Shown here piece by piece: positions 61,487 to 64,000 of a stretch of 64,000 nucleotides of DNA. The notes below the pieces were generated by a model. The model saw only the letters and a list, made by a program, of their open reading frames with translations. It was not told the origin of the DNA and did no database searches. Origin of the DNA: an uncultured archaeon (GTDB lineage Archaea > Asgardarchaeota > Thorarchaeia > Thorarchaeales > Thorarchaeaceae); assembly GCA_964458565.1 (NCBI GenBank), contig CAYWJO010000007.1, forward strand, positions 1 through 64,000. The letters run 5' to 3'. Positions within the stretch are counted from its first letter, which is position 1. Every line of letters starts with the position of its first letter. The position numbers were made by a program, and so were the translations under genes.

Positions 61487-62332
61487 ATGACAAAGTCTAA
61501 CAATTTACCAGTAGTCATTGATATTAGCACACGTCTAACAATGGTTGGTTTTGCAGGAGAAGTAGCTCCACGTTTCGTTTGGCCCACTGTTGTTGGATAT
61601 TCAATAGATCATAGTATGATAGATAGTGATTCCTCAGTTCCTTACAAGATCGGCAAGTATGCATTAGACTCGTTATCCCCTATGCTAGTCTATCCGTTAA
61701 AGGCTGGAATCATCGAAGATTGGGATGCAATTGAGGCTATCTTGGCATTTACTTTCAAATCACTTGAAATCAAATCTTCTGAGAGTAAAGTTTTGATAAC
61801 AGAATCAATATCTTCTCCCCCTGAAACTCACCAACATCTGATGCAATTGATGTTTCATAAATTCGGTGTGAGTCATCTCTACGTGACACTTCGACAGGTA
61901 CTCGCTCTATATGCTGTCCGGAAAGGATCAGGTGTTGTCATCGATTTCGAGCCAGACTATGCATTAATCGTACCAATATTCGAAGGTCTTGCCATTCCAC
62001 ATGTAAAAGAAATCCTGAATCTGCCGGTCATAACGGGATTTGAGCTTTCGTTTCTTGCAGAACGATTAATAGCTGCAGTTGAGAATACAAATCCAGACAT
62101 CTACGATGATTTATACAGCAACATTGTACTTACGGGTAGTTCTACAACAACACCTCAATTCAGAGAGAGCCTTGAGAAAGAGATTGCTGAACGGATAGCC
62201 TCGGATAGAAACTTCTCAATAATTGATATTCCAGAAAAGCTCTACATGGCTTGGATTGGAGGGAGCAGGTTAGCAAATGTATCATCATTCAATGAGGTAT
62301 GGATGAGTCGTACTGAATTCACACAGAAATGA
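61487..62332 (+). CDS. Divergent actin-family protein lacking subdomain 4
   Basis: GFAGEVAPRFV.PTVVG, YP...GII.DWD, VLITE, VPIFEG.A.PH, LYSNIVLTG, WIGGS. Confidence 0.9.
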   Translation: MTKSNNLPVVIDISTRLTMVGFAGEVAPRFVWPTVVGYSIDHSMIDSDSSVPYKIGKYALDSLSPMLVYPLKAGIIEDWDAIEAILAFTFKSLEIKSSESKVLITESISSPPETHQHLMQLMFHKFGVSHLYVTLRQVLALYAVRKGSGVVIDFEPDYALIVPIFEGLAIPHVKEILNLPVITGFELSFLAERLIAAVENTNPDIYDDLYSNIVLTGSSTTTPQFRESLEKEIAERIASDRNFSIIDIPEKLYMAWIGGSRLANVSSFNEVWMSRTEFTQK

Positions 62333-62386
62333 CCTGATCGACCGCAGTAGCAACAACTTGCATTGAATTCCATCTCCTATGGGATT

Positions 62387-64000
62387 CTAGAACATACCAC
62401 TCAACCACTGGTGAATATGCGCAATAACAGGAAGGAAGAGTGTAGCAGTCAGGGAAATCACGACAAGCAAAGTATTGATTGATGGGCCTGCAGTGTCTTT
62501 GAATGGGTCGCCCACCATATCTCCACGTACTGAGTTCCGGTGTATTTGATCATATCGTGGGTGGTCATGGTCATACTCAGGAGACTCAATCATCTTCTTT
62601 GTATTATCCCAAGCCCCTCCAGCATTACTCATCAATAGGGCCATGATAAAGCCGACCAAGACTGCACCACCAAGATATCCACCAAGCGCTTCAAGCCCCA
62701 AGATTGAACCAGTTAAAATTGTAACACCTATTACGATGATAGTAGATGGCATGAGTTCTCTTATAGCGCCAGATGTTGCTATTTCAATACATTTGTCATA
62801 ATCTGGTTTTGAGGTTCCTTCAAGAATACCAGGATCTACGCGGAACTGTCTACGAATCTCTTCAATCATTCGTCCTGCATTACGATCAACACCAAGAATG
62901 AGCATCGCAGTAAATGTAATTGGCACTAACGCTCCGATGAATGCACCCGCCAAGATGAATGGATCTGCTATATTGACAATAATCTCTTCTCCAATGAGCA
63001 TCTCCGCTGCTTCAACAAATGCTGCAAATAAGGCAAGAACGGATATAGCTGCAGACCCAATAGCAAATCCCTTTGTGATTGCCTTAGCCGTATTACCTGC
63101 TGCATCTAATTTATCACAAGCTATAATGGCTTCTTCTGAAGCATTCGATTGTTCAATAATACCTCTCGCGTTATCAACAATAGGTCCATAGCTATCAGAG
63201 CTCATGGTAAGTCCATTTGTTGCCAGGAGTCCAACTGCAGCAATTGCTACCGCATAAATTCCCCCCATCCAACCTCCAAGTCCCAGAGATGTTGTTGTCG
63301 AACCGAGGATGAATGATGCCACAAGTGCTACAATAACTCCAATTACTGAAGGTACGGCACTGAGAAGACCGTATGAATATCCTGACAGTATGAGGTTCGC
63401 TGTGCTCTTCTCAGCATTTTCTACCATATTCCTTACTGGTTGAAATCCGAAGAGACCTTTATCATTTGTAAAGACATCAGAGGTGAATCCTATAAACACA
63501 CCAGCAAGTAGTCCAAAGATTGCAGAGGCTGCAATTACAATATCAATTCCAAGAATGAGAATTACAGCTACAACCAATACACCAAAGAGAATAGTTGTTA
63601 TGTAAGTGCCTCTGTTAAGGGCTGGACCAGGATCATCCTGTTCATTAGGTCTTACCAAATAAACTCCAATCACTGATGCGATGGTACCTAATGCTGCTAT
63701 TACTAGAGGCAGGAGTCCAAAGGCGTATGGTAATGCAAATGTTGCATCAAGTCCTGCTCCTAGAAGGGCAGCAGCCAGAATTGCGGCGACATTGCTATCG
63801 AAGATGTCTGCACCTGTTCCAGCAACATCTCCCACGTTGTCGCCAACAGCGTCTGCAATTGCCGCAGGATTTCTCGGGTCATCCTCTGGAATGTGCTGCT
63901 CGATTTTACCAACAATGTCTGCTGACATATCCGCAGTTTTGGTAAAGATTCCTCCACCTGCTTTTGCAAACAGCGCCACAGTACTCGCGCCAAATGAAAA
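62387..64000 (-). CDS. hppA: Membrane ion-translocating pyrophosphatase (5' part outside the window)
   Basis: GGGIFTKTAD, EDDPRN, DAVGDNVGD, GDPFKDTAGP; GNTAKA lysine marks the K+-independent type. Confidence 0.95.
   Translation of the reverse strand, partial: FSFGASTVALFAKAGGGIFTKTADMSADIVGKIEQHIPEDDPRNPAAIADAVGDNVGDVAGTGADIFDSNVAAILAAALLGAGLDATFALPYAFGLLPLVIAALGTIASVIGVYLVRPNEQDDPGPALNRGTYITTILFGVLVVAVILILGIDIVIAASAIFGLLAGVFIGFTSDVFTNDKGLFGFQPVRNMVENAEKSTANLILSGYSYGLLSAVPSVIGVIVALVASFILGSTTTSLGLGGWMGGIYAVAIAAVGLLATNGLTMSSDSYGPIVDNARGIIEQSNASEEAIIACDKLDAAGNTAKAITKGFAIGSAAISVLALFAAFVEAAEMLIGEEIIVNIADPFILAGAFIGALVPITFTAMLILGVDRNAGRMIEEIRRQFRVDPGILEGTSKPDYDKCIEIATSGAIRELMPSTIIVIGVTILTGSILGLEALGGYLGGAVLVGFIMALLMSNAGGAWDNTKKMIESPEYDHDHPRYDQIHRNSVRGDMVGDPFKDTAGPSINTLLVVISLTATLFLPVIAHIHQWLSGMF

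Noticed and set aside
295-63993. Numerous 60-150 aa ORFs nested in or antisense to recognised genes
   Set aside because: Shadow ORFs with no motifs or independent signals

Overview
This window is archaeal chromosome, most likely an Asgard archaeon (Thorarchaeia-like). The inference rests on archaeal informational genes together with an actin-family protein and SBBP/TSP3-repeat surface proteins. Core genes: rnhB, fibrillarin/nop5, pyrD/pyrK/pyrB, rps30e, elp3, archease, rpl3-4-23-2, cdrS-ftsZ, Lsm, korB/korC-type, SAMP, srp19, gar1, C34/TFE-beta-like, rlmE, trm1, cyclophilin and hppA. There are four complete tRNAs with six BHB introns in total (three at non-canonical sites), plus one partial tRNA. 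Accessory blocks: (i) a 5.4-kb surface-protein island bounded by a 47-bp duplication of the pduO 3' end; (ii) remnants and tandem paralogues after rpl2; (iii) an ~8-kb AT-rich island with an ABC module, lying between a stranded and a replacement korB 5' end; (iv) a lipase/propeller/PIN-toxin/TnpB block next to tRNA-Pro. Highlights: an actin cleanly lacking subdomain 4 with degenerate P-loops; a HypD-like glycyl radical enzyme with Cys-Val-Thr instead of Cys-Val-Glu; a 5'-truncated TnpB with a Fanzor-type rearranged RuvC inside an 11-bp direct repeat; microproteins and structured RNA upstream of cdrS-ftsZ; and an unassigned structured RNA candidate. All calls come from reading the sequence and recalled family motifs; no searches were run.
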